From a phage, in sequence record BH153094.1: DNA of 277 nucleotides; one strand, written 5' to 3'. The first letter of the stretch is position 1. Each line of letters opens with the position of its first letter. A program made the position numbers and the translations under genes. Under the pieces are notes generated by a model that worked only from the letters and a program-made list of their open reading frames with translations, made no database searches and was not told where the DNA came from. Below are positions 1 through 277 of the stretch, piece by piece.

Positions 1-2
1 TT

Positions 3-134
3 TCTCAAGGGCGTTCGCAATCTCTAACTGTTCGTTTGAAGAGCGCCATTCCAGCTTTTCGACCCACCCAAATCACAGACCTGCGTAGTTCAATTACCAA
101 TATTGACCACGCCCCACTTAGAGATATGGGTTAA
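3..134 (+). CDS. Possible 3'-terminal fragment of a CDS entering from upstream of the window (hypothetical protein); probably not coding
   Basis: Frame 3 is open from the window start to TAA at 132-134 (43 sense codons, translation SQGRSQSLTVRLKSAIPAFRPTQITDLRSSITNIDHAPLRDMG). No start codon is needed if the gene begins upstream. Against: first-position G is only 9/43, stop frequency in the window is at random expectation, and I recognise no protein family. Confidence 0.1.
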   Translation, partial: SQGRSQSLTVRLKSAIPAFRPTQITDLRSSITNIDHAPLRDMG

Positions 135-152
135 GGCTGGCCCAGGTTTACG

Positions 153-212
153 ACTTATACCACGATAGGACTTTCCTAAACTCCGAGAGTTACTACAAAA
201 ACTTCCACGATA
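153..212 (+). repeat. Imperfect direct repeat ACTT(ATA)CCACGATA, copies at 153-167 and 201-212
   Basis: Exact 8-mer CCACGATA at 160-167 and 205-212. Both copies are preceded by ACTT (153-156 and 201-204), with a 3-nt insertion (ATA) in the first copy. An additional GACTT lies at 169-173. Confidence 0.2.
154..162 (-). promoter_or_regulatory. Candidate extended -10 promoter element (minus strand reads TGgTATAAG)
   Basis: Minus-strand sequence TGG TATAAG matches the extended -10 pattern TGnTATAAT in 5 of 6 hexamer positions plus the TG, but the highly conserved final T is replaced by G. No convincing -35 lies 15-18 bp upstream (best is TTTAGG, 3/6). It would direct transcription toward + coordinate 1. 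Confidence 0.1.
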
Positions 213-247
213 TGTCGGAAAGATATAAGGATTTTAGCCAACGCCAT
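176..247 (-). CDS. Candidate small ORF, 23 codons, hydrophobic peptide MALAKILISFRHIVEVFVVTLGV; speculative
   Basis: ATG (reverse complement of + 245-247) to TAG (reverse complement of + 176-178) on the minus strand; 15 of 23 residues are hydrophobic. Only a weak SD-like GGTGG 2 nt upstream of the ATG, and AGGGTG about 13 nt upstream. An ORF of this length is expected by chance in 277 bp. Confidence 0.06.
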   Translation of the reverse strand: MALAKILISFRHIVEVFVVTLGV

Positions 248-277
248 AGCCACCGGAACTCACCCTTACACTCTTCT
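212..277 (+). CDS. Possible 5' start of a CDS running off the 3' edge of the window (hypothetical protein); probably not coding
   Basis: ATG at 212-214 in frame 2, open through to the window end (22 codons, MSERYKDFSQRHSHRNSPLHSS). No Shine-Dalgarno-like purine run in the 15 nt upstream (ctacaaaaacttccacgat). The His/Tyr/Ser-rich composition is atypical for proteins. Confidence 0.08.
   Translation, partial: MSERYKDFSQRHSHRNSPLHSS

Noticed and set aside
13-22. GTTCGCAATC resembles a tRNA T-loop (GTTCGAATC)
   Set aside because: No flanking complementary T-stem, acceptor stem or D-arm. A cloverleaf cannot be drawn on either strand.
51-60. T-runs (+ 56-59 TTTT; minus-strand TTTTT at + 195-199) as possible intrinsic terminators
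   Set aside because: Neither T-run is immediately preceded by a GC-rich hairpin of 5 bp or more on its strand.
73-77. CRP half-site TCACA (and TGTGA on the minus strand at + 73-77)
   Set aside because: No partner half-site at the required 6-bp spacing on either side.
98-105. Perfect 8-bp palindrome CAATATTG, and near-palindrome CTGGCCCAG at 137-145 (contains a CCWGG Dcm site)
   Set aside because: About one 8-bp palindrome is expected by chance in a window this size. No second half-site or repeated copy supports an operator.
146-156. Minus strand reads AAGTCGTAAAC, resembling the conserved AAGTCGTAACAAGG near the 3' end of SSU rRNA
   Set aside because: The match is short and imperfect, and no flanking conserved SSU elements are present (no GTACACACCGCCCGT, no anti-SD end).
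168-177. Minus strand reads AGGAAAGTCC, identical to the start of the conserved CR-I/P4 region of bacterial RNase P RNA
   Set aside because: Only a 10-nt match. The following GGGCTCC or ATGCTCG and the other conserved RNase P regions are absent, and the match lies mid-window rather than about 60 nt from an RNA 5' end.
167-229. Eukaryotic-type motifs: NF-kB-like AGGACTTTCC (167-176), TATA-like ATATAAG (223-229), and CACCC/KLF-like boxes at 63-69 and 107-114
   Set aside because: Short motifs expected by chance in C-rich sequence. There is no CpG depletion (14 CpG observed, about 14 expected) and no other evidence for a vertebrate or viral enhancer. Cannot be distinguished from noise without context.
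1-277. CRISPR array, IS or transposon terminal inverted repeats, or integron attC site
   Set aside because: No regularly spaced repeats. The window ends share only a 5-bp complementary stretch (AAGGG at 7-11 with CCCTT at 263-267). GTTAAGG at 129-135 fails the attC core consensus GTTRRRY at the last position and has no paired inverse core.

Overview
277-bp window, 45.8% GC (A78 C78 G49 T72 on the + strand). I cannot support any confident gene, RNA gene, CRISPR array or mobile element here, and I see no evidence of a novel system. All six reading frames are interrupted by stops; the longest open stretches are 43-52 codons and several run off a window edge. Stop trinucleotides occur at the frequency expected from base composition alone (11 on +, about 13 expected; 15 on -, about 17 expected), so there is no stop depletion on either strand. 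First-codon-position composition of the open stretches is not gene-like (G about 17-21%). The window therefore reads as non-coding, intergenic or degraded sequence, and would also be consistent with composition-matched random sequence. What remains are weak candidates: two + strand ORF fragments touching the window edges, a 23-codon hydrophobic ORF on the - strand, an extended -10-like motif on the - strand, a short imperfect direct repeat, and a marked C>G strand asymmetry. All need genomic context and database searches that I cannot run.
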